Below, in pieces: positions 12,517-21,828 of a stretch of DNA of 64,000 nucleotides. Origin of the DNA: Nanobdellota archaeon (GTDB lineage: Archaea; Nanobdellota; Nanobdellia; Pacearchaeales; GW2011-AR1). The first letter of the stretch is position 1. Each line of letters begins with the position of its first letter. Location: the NCBI GenBank assembly GCA_030648285.1, contig JAUSIC010000011.1:1513-65512 (forward strand), written 5' to 3'. Position numbers and translations under genes: made by a program. A model generated the notes under the pieces. The model searched no databases and was not told where the DNA came from. It worked only from the letters and a program-made list of their open reading frames with translations.

Positions 12517-15044
12517 TGTAAAAATTTGTTTATTGGAACATAATCTTTTATATAATTAACAATAAACTCTGGCCCCCCATTCCATTCTTTTAATTCTTTA
12601 AATTCCTTCATATTAAAAATTGGATTTGTTGCTAATCTCTGGTATTCTTTTGTTTCCATAATTTCTTGCAATTCTTTATCTGTAAGATATGCTTTGAAAA
12701 ATTCTTTTATTAGATAGTAATATTTAATTTCGTTTTCATTAATTTTATTAGTAATTACAAATTTTTGTATTTCATCTTCCATTAGTTCATCTTTATTTTT
12801 TAATTGTTTTATCTTTCCAAAAATATACTCTAAAATCTCTCGCAAACTCAATCTCCTATTTAATTTCAAAGCTTTCCTCAATTTATCAAGTGTATAAAAT
12901 TCTTTTGGTTTATCTAAAATATTATTTTTAATATATTCTTCTGCTTCTTCATATTCTCTTTCATTAACTTTTGATACAATGAAAGTATTTTTCCTAATTT
13001 TTTCGGAAAAACTTTCAAATAGTTTTCTATCTATTTTCATACCTTCTATTCCAATTTTAGATTCCAAATACTGCTTTAATGGATCTTGATTATAATTTTC
13101 ATACTCTTTATCTCGGACTATCATTACATCTACTTCGTTTTTTTTCTTTGAACTCATAGGAGGTAATTTTAAAAATTGTCCGTAATTAAACTTCTTTTCA
13201 AAATACTCACAATTTCCAAAAAAGTCAAATAGTTTAAATGTATTCTTAGATTTGATATCTTCTTCAATTTCTCCAAGTTCATTCTTTTTTTTAAAACTAA
13301 ACTTAAAGGTTCTCGTTCCTCTACCTTTTATCTGAACAAAATCTGTAGGAGAGAATATTGGCCTCATAAGACAGATATTAAGTAAATCTTCACAATCATA
13401 ACCGGTAGTCATCATTCCAACAGTCACACAAACTCTCGTTTTGCTTGAATTATAATCTTCTTTGAATTTTGTGTGTCCATTCAAATTATTATTTGCAAAA
13501 TTCATTGCCATTTGTTGTGCAGAATCTACTAGAGAAGTTATTTGAATTGCAAAATCCGAAGTATATTTTTCGGGGAATAGTTTAGTTGCTAATTTATTGA
13601 GCATATTTGTTATTTTAGCTGCATGGTCTTGACTAACACAAAAGATAATTGTCTTTCCAATTTCTTCGGTTATAGGATCTCTTTGTGCATTTTCAATAAA
13701 AGTCCTACAAAAAGTTTCATTTGTTTCTTCTGAGAAGAATTTCTTTTCGAAGTCTTTATGAATATAGACTTTCTCTTCTTTTTTTCCTTCTTCATTTTCA
13801 GTAACTATTGCATATCCTTTTTCAGCAAGTAATTCTGTGGTAATATCTGTTCTCGCATCTACTGCTAAAGGATTAACAAGATATCCATCTTTAACTCCTT
13901 CAAGCAAAGAATATCTAAATGTTGGATCTCCAGTTTCACATCCAAATGTTTTATAAGTATCTCTAAGTTGCCTCAATTCCCATTTTCTTGGATCCATATT
14001 AAAAATATCTTTATCATCTAAATTTTTTATATAATCTTTAGGAGTGGCAGTTAATCCTAATTTATAACCGACAAAATATTCAAATACTGCTCTGCTATTT
14101 CCCCCAATAGATCTGTGTGCTTCATCAGAAATTATTAAATCAAAGTCTGTTGGTGAGAAAATTTCTTTATATTTATCACTTACCATAAGAGATTGCACTG
14201 TTGAAATAACTATATCTGCTTTCATCCAATCATCTTTATTTTCTTTATAAATTTTAACTATGAAATCATTTTTTAACATTAAATTCAAATTTTTCCATGC
14301 TTGATTTTCTAATTCAATTCTGTCTACTAAAAATAAAATCCGGTTAACATTTTCAGTCCTTAGAAATAACTTACAAATTGCTGCTGAAACAAGTGTTTTT
14401 CCAGTTCCAGTAGCCATTTCAAATAAAAATCTATTTTTTTTATTTTTTACTGCTTCTTGTAAATGTGTTACAGCGTTTATTTGGTATGGCCTTAAAAATT
14501 TTAATTGATTTTCTTTAATATAACTTACTTGTTTTTCATCATCTAAATATTTTGGATCATTATTATAATCTGGTTTCTGTGTCAAAACAATATAATCTGT
14601 TTCTATTTTTTCCTTTACAATTGCTTCTGGATTAGGAGTAAATTTATTTTTATGATTTAAATCTTCTTCTGTAGGAAATGAAGTTACTTGGTTTGGATCT
14701 CCTGTTTTTAAATCCCAAAGGTAATGAATATTCCCGTTGCTTAAAATGACAAATCTAGCATTTTCGCTATTCGCATATCTTCTTGCTTGTTCTTTTGCTG
14801 ATAGAGGATGTTTATCTTCAGATTTTGCCTCTAAAACTGCTAATGGTTTTTTGTTTTTACCTAACAAAAGAAAATCAATAAACCCATTTTTCGTCTTTTC
14901 AAAATCGTCTCCTAACTCCTCAATTTTTACATTTGCCTCTAATTTAATATTTGCTTTTTCATCTTTAGAATCAAAAAATCTCCAACCACTTACTTCTAGT
15001 AATTTGTTAATTTTTATTCTTGCTTTGGCTTCCTTTTGTACCAT
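12510..15044 (-). CDS. hsdR: type I restriction enzyme R subunit (EcoEI-like)
   Basis: 'DFLL..VLEAK' nuclease motif, 'MATGTGKT', 'DEAHRS', 'TATP', 'QIKGRGTR'. Confidence 0.92.
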   Translation of the reverse strand: MVQKEAKARIKINKLLEVSGWRFFDSKDEKANIKLEANVKIEELGDDFEKTKNGFIDFLLLGKNKKPLAVLEAKSEDKHPLSAKEQARRYANSENARFVILSNGNIHYLWDLKTGDPNQVTSFPTEEDLNHKNKFTPNPEAIVKEKIETDYIVLTQKPDYNNDPKYLDDEKQVSYIKENQLKFLRPYQINAVTHLQEAVKNKKNRFLFEMATGTGKTLVSAAICKLFLRTENVNRILFLVDRIELENQAWKNLNLMLKNDFIVKIYKENKDDWMKADIVISTVQSLMVSDKYKEIFSPTDFDLIISDEAHRSIGGNSRAVFEYFVGYKLGLTATPKDYIKNLDDKDIFNMDPRKWELRQLRDTYKTFGCETGDPTFRYSLLEGVKDGYLVNPLAVDARTDITTELLAEKGYAIVTENEEGKKEEKVYIHKDFEKKFFSEETNETFCRTFIENAQRDPITEEIGKTIIFCVSQDHAAKITNMLNKLATKLFPEKYTSDFAIQITSLVDSAQQMAMNFANNNLNGHTKFKEDYNSSKTRVCVTVGMMTTGYDCEDLLNICLMRPIFSPTDFVQIKGRGTRTFKFSFKKKNELGEIEEDIKSKNTFKLFDFFGNCEYFEKKFNYGQFLKLPPMSSKKKNEVDVMIVRDKEYENYNQDPLKQYLESKIGIEGMKIDRKLFESFSEKIRKNTFIVSKVNEREYEEAEEYIKNNILDKPKEFYTLDKLRKALKLNRRLSLREILEYIFGKIKQLKNKDELMEDEIQKFVITNKINENEIKYYYLIKEFFKAYLTDKELQEIMETKEYQRLATNPIFNMKEFKELKEWNGGPEFIVNYIKDYVPINKFLQC

Positions 15045-15969
15045 TTTCTTTCTTCTCCAATTTAAAATGAATTTTATATGTATAAAAATCAATATTTTGG
15101 GCAACAGCTAAAGCTCTATGAATTTTTATATCATCTTCAAAAGCAATTATAACTCCCTTAACAGACTGACCCTTTTCAGCTAACTCTTCTTTAACATATC
15201 CCATATATCTTTGAATTTGACCTACGACAACATCACTAACTCTTCCTCTTTTAAGTTCAACAACCAGAAGTTCTTTTTTATCTTTACTAATTGCTAAAAT
15301 ATCTATTGGTCCTGTATCACTTGGATATTGTTGACCAACAATTTCTCCATCTTCTTCATAAATATCATAATGTTTGCCTAATTCCGTATGATGCCAATTT
15401 TTTACTAAAAATTCTTCTAAATGTTCTTCAAGTGCAAAAAGACTAACATCCTCTATAGTTTCATCATTTGCACTTATTAAAGAAGGTCTATTCCCTGAAA
15501 TAAAAGATTCTATCTCATTAGCATGTTTAGTGATATCACTTACTGTTCCTATTGAACCAGCAGAATTTCTTAAAGAGTCACTCATCTCTTCTCTTTTTAA
15601 AACTCTTGGAAGCCAACGAACAGCTCTTTGATGGGGAAGATTTTGACCTTGTTTATATTCATAATTACCTATAACTTCTCCTATAAAATAATTTCCTTGT
15701 CCATCTGGACATAACACAATATCCCCTATGAGGATACCTTTTGAAATAGTATATAACATTCCACATGCAAGCCCTGCTGCAATTTTTGTTTTATGATATT
15801 CTTCTAAATATAATGGAATAAATTCACGATTGAATTGTCTCCAATCCTCAGGGAATTTTCCAGTTAAGTCCCTATTTCCAAAAAATCCGGCACCAATAAA
15901 ATTTCCATCATGTGATTCTTTGGCAAATATACTTTTTGCCCCCAACATTATACGATAATAGTTTTTCAT
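15007..15969 (-). CDS. NucS/DUF91-like PD-(D/E)xK endonuclease with Mrr-type N-terminal domain
   Basis: 'LEEHLEEFL..NW', 'GPIDILA..LVVELKRG..VVGQIQRYMG'. Confidence 0.8.
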   Translation of the reverse strand: MKNYYRIMLGAKSIFAKESHDGNFIGAGFFGNRDLTGKFPEDWRQFNREFIPLYLEEYHKTKIAAGLACGMLYTISKGILIGDIVLCPDGQGNYFIGEVIGNYEYKQGQNLPHQRAVRWLPRVLKREEMSDSLRNSAGSIGTVSDITKHANEIESFISGNRPSLISANDETIEDVSLFALEEHLEEFLVKNWHHTELGKHYDIYEEDGEIVGQQYPSDTGPIDILAISKDKKELLVVELKRGRVSDVVVGQIQRYMGYVKEELAEKGQSVKGVIIAFEDDIKIHRALAVAQNIDFYTYKIHFKLEKKENGTKGSQSKNKN

Positions 15970-15986
15970 ATTTTATCAAAAGCTTC

Positions 15987-16682
15987 TTAGATTTTAAGTT
16001 TGTCTATCCTTTTCTTTAGAGTAGTTAATTCCTTTTCTAGATTCATCATAGGTTGTGTAATTCTCGTATAATTATACTCATCTATTGCTTTAGCAAAACT
16101 TCTATCATTTTTTTCTAATTTTATATCTTTAAATTTCTCTTGCATTTTTTTTAAAAATTCGATATAATTCTCTGCAGAATCACTTCTAAATCCATAATAT
16201 TCCCTTATTCTTCTGTCCCAAAGAACAAAAACTTCTGGAACTCTTAAATGCATTATTTTGGTCGCACCAACAGACTTTACTTGTTTTGAAAGAGTATCAT
16301 AAATTTTTATTATCTTTTCTTTATATTCCTCAAATTTTATTGTTCTTAGATGTTTTTCTCCAAATTCATTAAATAATTGTTCAAGTTCATCTATATTTTC
16401 ATTAAACTTATTAATATCAAAATTTCCTATTAAATATCTAAAACCTGCAAAATTCCAGGTAGATAAAATAAACAAATATGCTGTTAATCTATCTCCCCGC
16501 CTCATTAATTTAGTAAAGAGAGGATAAAGGCTTCCTCTTTTTTCTGTTTCTTCAAATTCTTTATTCGCTTTATCAAAATTCTCTTGTATGACACTTTTAA
16601 TTCCTTCACTTTCTTTGTATCTTAACTCGTGCAATTGTATTTTTATTTCATACATTCTCTTTTGAAGTTCTTCTTTCTCCAT
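15987..16682 (-). CDS. hypothetical protein with HhH-like 'GATKIMHLRVPEVFVLWD' motif
   Basis: ORF heading the R-M operon. The motif resembles HhH-glycosylase-like families. Confidence 0.45.
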   Translation of the reverse strand: MEKEELQKRMYEIKIQLHELRYKESEGIKSVIQENFDKANKEFEETEKRGSLYPLFTKLMRRGDRLTAYLFILSTWNFAGFRYLIGNFDINKFNENIDELEQLFNEFGEKHLRTIKFEEYKEKIIKIYDTLSKQVKSVGATKIMHLRVPEVFVLWDRRIREYYGFRSDSAENYIEFLKKMQEKFKDIKLEKNDRSFAKAIDEYNYTRITQPMMNLEKELTTLKKRIDKLKI

Positions 16683-16760
16683 ATCTTTTTTAGAAAAACC
16701 CCCTTTTTACACCTTTCCCCTCCCCAAAACCTTTTTATACAATAAATTCTTATCTTCTAT

Positions 16761-17261
16761 ATGAGAAGAAGAGGGAGAAGGAATAGACTTAGAAAGAATC
16801 CTGCTGCACTTTTTGCAATCGCTCTTGTTTTAATTTCTGGTTTTTTATTTCCGTTATTCAGTTTTAGTATATTCGGAGAGGACTTTTCAGATAAAAGCGG
16901 AGTTGTAGTAAATTTAGTTATTGATTTATTCTCTAAAAAATATTCTTTTACAGAAACATCAGAATTTGTTATATTATTTATGGTATTATCTTATTTAGTA
17001 ATTGCAACTTTATACTTATTAAATGGTTTAGGAATTATTTACAATAGATATTCAAGATATGCTTCATTCCTATCATTTGCTTATTTATTATTAGGATTAA
17101 TTGCAGTAGTATTATTAAATAGACAAATGACTATTCCATTCTTTGGAAATACTGTTGGTTCTATGACTATTGGATTGGGAACTTATTTATTACCTATAGT
17201 AGGAATTTTATATTTAATATTTCACAGACAAATTAATTCAATGTTCGGAGGACATAGATAA
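16761..17261 (+). CDS. membrane protein
   Basis: 4 predicted TM helices. Confidence 0.6.
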   Translation: MRRRGRRNRLRKNPAALFAIALVLISGFLFPLFSFSIFGEDFSDKSGVVVNLVIDLFSKKYSFTETSEFVILFMVLSYLVIATLYLLNGLGIIYNRYSRYASFLSFAYLLLGLIAVVLLNRQMTIPFFGNTVGSMTIGLGTYLLPIVGILYLIFHRQINSMFGGHR

Positions 17262-17543
17262 ATGAACGAGGTGTTACTAGCGGGAATTCTCGGAGGCATT
17301 GGTGGATTAACACGCGGGTTCGTTGGACTGCTTAAGGCACTTTCTATGAGAAGACGAATATTATGGGGATACTACGCCATAACTGTTCTAGTTGCTCTTG
17401 TTATAGGGATTTTTATCGGGATCATATTCAATTTTGATACAAGGCTTTCTCTTCTTGCAGGTTATGCAGGAACAGACATACTGGAAGGAATTTACAAATC
17501 ATTCAAGGTAGAGAAAGTTTATGTGGGTTCTAAAAAGAAATAA
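17262..17543 (+). CDS. small membrane protein
   Basis: Gly-rich TM helices ('GILGGIGG', 'LAGYAGTD'). Confidence 0.6.
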   Translation: MNEVLLAGILGGIGGLTRGFVGLLKALSMRRRILWGYYAITVLVALVIGIFIGIIFNFDTRLSLLAGYAGTDILEGIYKSFKVEKVYVGSKKK

Positions 17544-17548
17544 GATTG

Positions 17549-17652
17549 GTGCTTACGCACAATTAATATTAGGTTAACTGGATACTCGGGGGTTGACTTT
17601 AAAACGATTATATTAATTTGAAAAAATGTCAATGAACCTCAATATAGGTTAA
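17549..17652 (+). repeat. intergenic repeat family copy
   Basis: GTGCTTACGCAC mini-hairpin ... TTTAAAACGATTATATTAATTT ... TGTCAATGAAC (17627) ... TTAA. Confidence 0.75.
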
Positions 17653-17713
17653 TTATTTCCCCAAAAAGAAAGATTTACAAACATATCTTCTTTATTTTAA
17701 TAAAGAGGGAATT

Positions 17714-18076
17714 ATGATAGAACAAAGACTTTTATATTTCATTACAGAAGCAAGAAAACGTGGTTTCTCTGATAATAAAATAAAAGAAGCATTGCTTGAC
17801 AAAGGATGGCAGATTGAAAAGATTGACAAGGCGTTTGAAACTTTAAATCCTAAATTCAAATCAAAAAATCAAGTTTGCGTTTTTCTTTCAGATGATTTGC
17901 TAAATGCACTTGAAAAAAGAGCAAAGAAAAACATGCAAACAATAAGCGAACAAATCGAAGACATCTTGAGAAAGAGTTGCGTGACATACAAAGGCGGAAC
18001 AGTTAAACCTGAAAAGTTAGATGATAGTTTAGTTGCTGTGTTTAGTAGGAAGAATACGGGGAAGAAAAAGAAATAA
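17714..18076 (+). CDS. ribbon-helix-helix (CopG-like) protein with N-terminal helical domain
   Basis: 'QVCVFLSDDLLNALEKRAKKNMQTISEQIEDILRK' RHH pattern. Confidence 0.6.
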   Translation: MIEQRLLYFITEARKRGFSDNKIKEALLDKGWQIEKIDKAFETLNPKFKSKNQVCVFLSDDLLNALEKRAKKNMQTISEQIEDILRKSCVTYKGGTVKPEKLDDSLVAVFSRKNTGKKKK

Positions 18077-18106
18077 ACTTTTAAAGTATATTTTCTTAGA
18101 TAAATT

Positions 18107-18325
18107 ATGGTTGAAAAGAAGTATAATATATTTTCAGTATTAGCTATTATATTTGCGTTCCTATTTCCTCTTGCTGGAATAATTTTTGGAGTAATTGCTC
18201 TTAAACAAATAAAGAAAACAAAAGAAAAAGGCAGAGGGCTTGCAATAACTGCTATTGTTCTTCCTATTATCATGATTATTCTTGTTGGAATTGTATGGGC
18301 AATTGTTCAGAGCATAATGAGATAA
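18107..18325 (+). CDS. DUF4190-like small membrane protein
   Basis: 'GIIFGVIALKQIKKTKEKGRGLAITAI'. Confidence 0.75.
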   Translation: MVEKKYNIFSVLAIIFAFLFPLAGIIFGVIALKQIKKTKEKGRGLAITAIVLPIIMIILVGIVWAIVQSIMR

Positions 18326-18334
18326 ATTTATTTA

Positions 18335-18440
18335 GCGCTAAGGCGCAATTGATAATTGTGATAATGTAGAAACTCTGGTGTGCAGTTTAAAACGATTATA
18401 TTAATTTAACAAGATGTCAATGAACAGCAATAGGGGTTAA
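18335..18440 (+). repeat. intergenic repeat family copy
   Basis: GCGCTAAGGCGC hairpin, GATAATGTAGAAAC, TTTAAAACGATTATATTAATTT, TGTCAATGAAC (18415). Confidence 0.8.
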
Positions 18441-18449
18441 TTATTCCTA

Positions 18450-18836
18450 TTATCTTTGCTCTTTTACCATTCTTTGGACTTCTTCATAAATAGCTATCAC
18501 TCTTTCTGCGAAATCTGGAGGACATACAGCTTTTGCAACATCAGGAATTCTCATTCTTAAAAAACTGTAAATTACTTGTGGATAGCCGACTAAATTAGAA
18601 GGTACTGCAACTCTTCCCTCTTTTCCATAATCTCCACCTCTTCTCAAATTTTCTAAAGAAAGTTCACATGTTAAATTAAAACCCTCTGGGACCAATTCAG
18701 GATTTAGCTCATCTGCCAAATAAGATGCAAATCGGTATAGAGTTTCATATTCTCCTTTCATATGTTCTCTAAGATTTTTCAGTTTAGCCTTTACAGGTTC
18801 CATTGAAATTGCTTCATCTAGCGCCATAAAAAACAT
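18450..18836 (-). CDS. hypothetical protein
   Basis: 128-aa ORF with upstream TATA. Confidence 0.55.
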   Translation of the reverse strand: MFFMALDEAISMEPVKAKLKNLREHMKGEYETLYRFASYLADELNPELVPEGFNLTCELSLENLRRGGDYGKEGRVAVPSNLVGYPQVIYSFLRMRIPDVAKAVCPPDFAERVIAIYEEVQRMVKEQR

Positions 18837-18882
18837 ATCTAAAAGCCGTTTATAAATTTAATTATTCTAATAGAAAGGGGGT

Positions 18883-19449
18883 TTACATCACTGTTGCTTT
18901 GATTATCTTCACTACACTAACTGGCTTATCATTGCTGTCTGTTTCTACTTTTGCGATTTCATCAATTACGTCCATCCCTTCAACAACTTTACCAAAAACA
19001 GGATGCTTGCCGTTCAAGAAGTCGTTGTCAACTAGATTTATGAAGAATTGAGAGCCCCCTGTGTTGGGACCTGAATTTGCCATTGCAATTGTTCCTCTAT
19101 TGTTTTTATCCAAATCTGTGTTTGTGAATTCATCTTTTATTTCATAACCAGGTCCGCCATATCCTGTTCCTTGTGGATCTCCCCCTTGAACCATGAATCC
19201 ACTCATAACTCTATGAAATATTGTGTTATCATAAAATCCTTGCTCTACTAAACTCTGAAAATTTCCTGCTGTTACAGGCATTTCTTTGCTGTAAAGTTCT
19301 ATTACAATTGTTCCCATGTTTGTTTCTAATTTGACTTTTGTATTTGTCATTGATGTATCTCCTGTTATGTTTCCTGTTGATCTAAACATAATAAATCCTG
19401 CAACAAGGATTAAAAATATTGCTATAAGGAATATGTATGCTCTTTTCAT
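18883..19449 (-). CDS. cyclophilin-type peptidyl-prolyl isomerase with N-terminal anchor
   Basis: 'FHRVMSGFMVQGGD', 'AMANSGPNTGGSQFFI', 'HPVFGKV'. Confidence 0.95.
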   Translation of the reverse strand: MKRAYIFLIAIFLILVAGFIMFRSTGNITGDTSMTNTKVKLETNMGTIVIELYSKEMPVTAGNFQSLVEQGFYDNTIFHRVMSGFMVQGGDPQGTGYGGPGYEIKDEFTNTDLDKNNRGTIAMANSGPNTGGSQFFINLVDNDFLNGKHPVFGKVVEGMDVIDEIAKVETDSNDKPVSVVKIIKATVM

Positions 19450-19494
19450 TTAATAAGAAAAGTTTTTGGGGTTTTTATTTATTTCGATTAATTT

Positions 19495-19580
19495 GGCGCT
19501 AAAGCGCATGGATAATGATAATGTAGAAACGCGGGTTAAGTTGAAAAAAGTGTCAATGAACCGCAATAGGGATTATAATT
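19495..19580 (+). repeat. intergenic repeat family copy
   Basis: GCGCTAAAGCGC, GATAATGTAGAAACGC, TTAAGTTGAA, TGTCAATGAAC (19551). Confidence 0.8.
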
Positions 19581-19592
19581 TCTTATGGGGGG

Positions 19593-19916
19593 TTATCCAA
19601 CATAACTACCACTAGTAGTTTTTACTTCTGTTTTTTCCTGTTCTTCTTTTAAGGATTTTGGAACTTCCTTGTTTCTCAAGTCTTCTTTGATTTTTCTTAT
19701 ATTTTCACCAATCATATTTGGAAGTTCTTCCAAAACACTCATGGGAAGAACAATTCTTGCAATTGCTGCTTTTCTCACTGCATCAATAAAAACAAGTTCT
19801 GTGTAAGCTTCTTTTTTCACATTGCCTTTTTTTGTCTTTTTTGTCTTTGTGACTGTTGACATAGCAACATCATGAGCGAATATTGGAACAGCATTTCCTA
19901 AGTTAATTTCAACCAT
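19593..19916 (-). CDS. DUF3467-like protein
   Basis: 'PIFAHDV..ELVFID..ARIVLP' pattern. Confidence 0.5.
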   Translation of the reverse strand: MVEINLGNAVPIFAHDVAMSTVTKTKKTKKGNVKKEAYTELVFIDAVRKAAIARIVLPMSVLEELPNMIGENIRKIKEDLRNKEVPKSLKEEQEKTEVKTTSGSYVG

Positions 19917-19963
19917 AAGAAAGAAATGAGTGTGATGTTTTTATTTATTTCGATATATTTGTC

Positions 19964-20062
19964 TCGCTTCGCTCGGAGTGATAATAAGGATAACTTAAAT
20001 TCGCTGATTTAAACTAATTGTTAGACTGCTCGAGATGTCAATGAACAGCAATAGGGATTAAA
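19964..20062 (+). repeat. intergenic repeat family copy
   Basis: CTCGCTTCGCTCG hairpin ... TGTCAATGAAC (20036) CAGCAATAGGGATTAA. Confidence 0.7.
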
Positions 20063-20139
20063 ACTTCCCCTTCAAAAAACTGAAAATCAAAAGTAAAAAA
20101 AAAATAAAAAAAATAAAAGAGAACTAAGAAAAACTAAAT

Positions 20140-20514
20140 TTAGAATCTTCTTGGTCTATCTCTGCCGAAATTTCCTCTACCGCTACTACCACCACCGAAT
20201 CCGCCTCGACTTCCGCCTCTATCTCCGCCTCTGTCGAAACTTCTTCTTGGGCCATCAGACCTTGCTGGTCTTTCTTCCATAGGTCTAGCTTCAGAAACTT
20301 TCAATTCTCTGCCTTCAATTGCTTTTCCGTTCATTTCAGTCAATGCTTTTTGTGCAACTTCTTCGTTAGAAATTGTCACGAAACCAAATCCTTTTGATCT
20401 TCCGGAAAACTTGTCTTTTATAAGACTTACTTCCTCTGGTGCATATGCTGCAAACAGAGCTTTCAATGCTTCTTCATCGACGCTGAAAGGCAAATTACCT
20501 ACATATATCTTCAT
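20140..20514 (-). CDS. RRM RNA-binding protein with RGG-rich tail
   Basis: RNP2 'IYVGNL', RNP1 'KGFGFV'. Confidence 0.95.
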   Translation of the reverse strand: MKIYVGNLPFSVDEEALKALFAAYAPEEVSLIKDKFSGRSKGFGFVTISNEEVAQKALTEMNGKAIEGRELKVSEARPMEERPARSDGPRRSFDRGGDRGGSRGGFGGGSSGRGNFGRDRPRRF

Positions 20515-20658
20515 TTTATCCTCCTTACAACTAATTGAGAATTATCTATAATTGATGTCTTTCTATTGCTTGTTTCAACTTTCATAACTATTTCTCACAT
20601 TGAGGGTATTTAAAGATTTAGAATTCAAAAATAAAATAAAAATAAAGCATTTTTTGGC

Positions 20659-20868
20659 TTATTTTCTTCTCTTCTTCATGCCTTTCATCTTCATTGCTTT
20701 GAAAACAATCAAAACAACAGCAGACACACCTACAGCAGCATATATTACGTTTGCTGCTTTAGGAAGTAATGATGCTACTAAATTATAATTGAAGAAACCT
20801 ATAAGTCCCCAGTTTAAAGCACCAATTACTACCAAAATCCATGTAATCCACTTTAAAACGTATTTCAT
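20659..20868 (-). CDS. DUF378 membrane protein
   Basis: 'LVVIGALNWGLIG'. Confidence 0.85.
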   Translation of the reverse strand: MKYVLKWITWILVVIGALNWGLIGFFNYNLVASLLPKAANVIYAAVGVSAVVLIVFKAMKMKGMKKRRK

Positions 20869-20949
20869 TTCACCTCTCTACCCCCTTTCATCTTTTTTAA
20901 GTATATACTTTGATATATATTATGAATAATCAGTTTGGTTTTTTAAATC

Positions 20950-21474
20950 TTACTTTGGAAACAAGATAATTATGGCATTTATTGCTGCTGCGTATGCAAC
21001 CCAGAGAGCATAAGGCACCAGCAAAAACTGAGATTTCTTGTCTATCTTGTGAACAAAACCAATCATGTAGAGTATTGAAATCCAAAGAATAACCAATTCA
21101 ATCATTGCTGCTTCTGGACTTCTGACAATAAAGAACAAAAACACCCAGAGAACATTCAAGAATAAATTTACTGCATAGACTATTGCAATTTTCTTTTTTT
21201 GTTTCTTGTCTGCTTTGGATTTTATCCAAACAAAATACAAAGACAACGCGATTAAAGCAAACAAAACATTCCAAACAACACTAAAAACCCAGTTAGGAGG
21301 AGTAATGTAAGGTTTTATTTTCTGATACCAGATTGTGTCAACGTTTTGCGACGTGAAAAAACCTCCAATAACAGCTGCTGCGTAGACAGCAACAATGCAA
21401 AGAAACATGACGTTGAAATTTATTCGTTTAAGACAACTTTTTTTAGATTTCCTTTTAGTCACCTTTCTTTTCAT
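20950..21474 (-). CDS. tspO: TspO/MBR family protein
   Basis: 'WYQKIKP..PPNWVFSVVW', 'LNVLW..FF', 'LLVPYALWV'. Start moved to 21474 because the longer ORF runs through the tRNA-fragment region. Confidence 0.9.
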   Translation of the reverse strand: MKRKVTKRKSKKSCLKRINFNVMFLCIVAVYAAAVIGGFFTSQNVDTIWYQKIKPYITPPNWVFSVVWNVLFALIALSLYFVWIKSKADKKQKKKIAIVYAVNLFLNVLWVFLFFIVRSPEAAMIELVILWISILYMIGFVHKIDKKSQFLLVPYALWVAYAAAINAIIILFPK

Positions 21475-21612
21475 GAATATAATAAAACAAATGAGATTAA
21501 AAATATTTGCTCGCTCACTTTGTTTGCTCGTAATTAATAAAATTATAATATTAAGTTGAACCTTAAGTATCTGATTAAAATTTAAATCAATTTCTGCTTT
21601 AGCAGACAAAAA

Positions 21613-21678
21613 TGGGACCCCCGTACTCCCAACCCCGCTCACCTGTAGATTATCTCGCAAAGTTGCTCGGAGTCGAAC
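21613..21678 (-). repeat. duplicated tRNA-Phe 3' end interrupted by a 45-nt insert
   Basis: TGGGACCCCCG (21613-23) + insert + GGAGTCGAAC (21669-78) equals tRNA positions 21697-21717. Confidence 0.75.
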
Positions 21679-21696
21679 GTTCGACATAATAATTTA

Positions 21697-21768
21697 TGGG
21701 ACCCCCGGGAGTCGAACCCGGGACACCTTGGTCTTCAGCCAAGTGCTCTCCCGCTGAGCTAGGGTCCC
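21697..21768 (-). tRNA. tRNA-Phe (GAA)
   Basis: Cloverleaf GGGACCC...GGGTCCC A, anticodon arm CTTGG-CTGAAGA-CCAAG, T-loop GTTCGAC. Confidence 0.96.
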
Positions 21769-21828
21769 AATATACAGGATTATAAAAAATAAAGTTAGAA
21801 TTCTTTTTTAAATGTTTAGAATAAAAGT

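Noticed and set aside
17549-20062. Regularly spaced repeats resembling integron attC sites or a CRISPR array
   Set aside because: No RYYYAAC/GTTRRRY cores and no integrase. Intervening genes are in mixed orientation and include housekeeping genes. Spacing of 0.5-1.2 kb excludes CRISPR
21613-21678. Split or permuted tRNA half
   Set aside because: The fragment covers only the last 21 nt, an intact tRNA-Phe is adjacent, and no BHB or complementary leader was found
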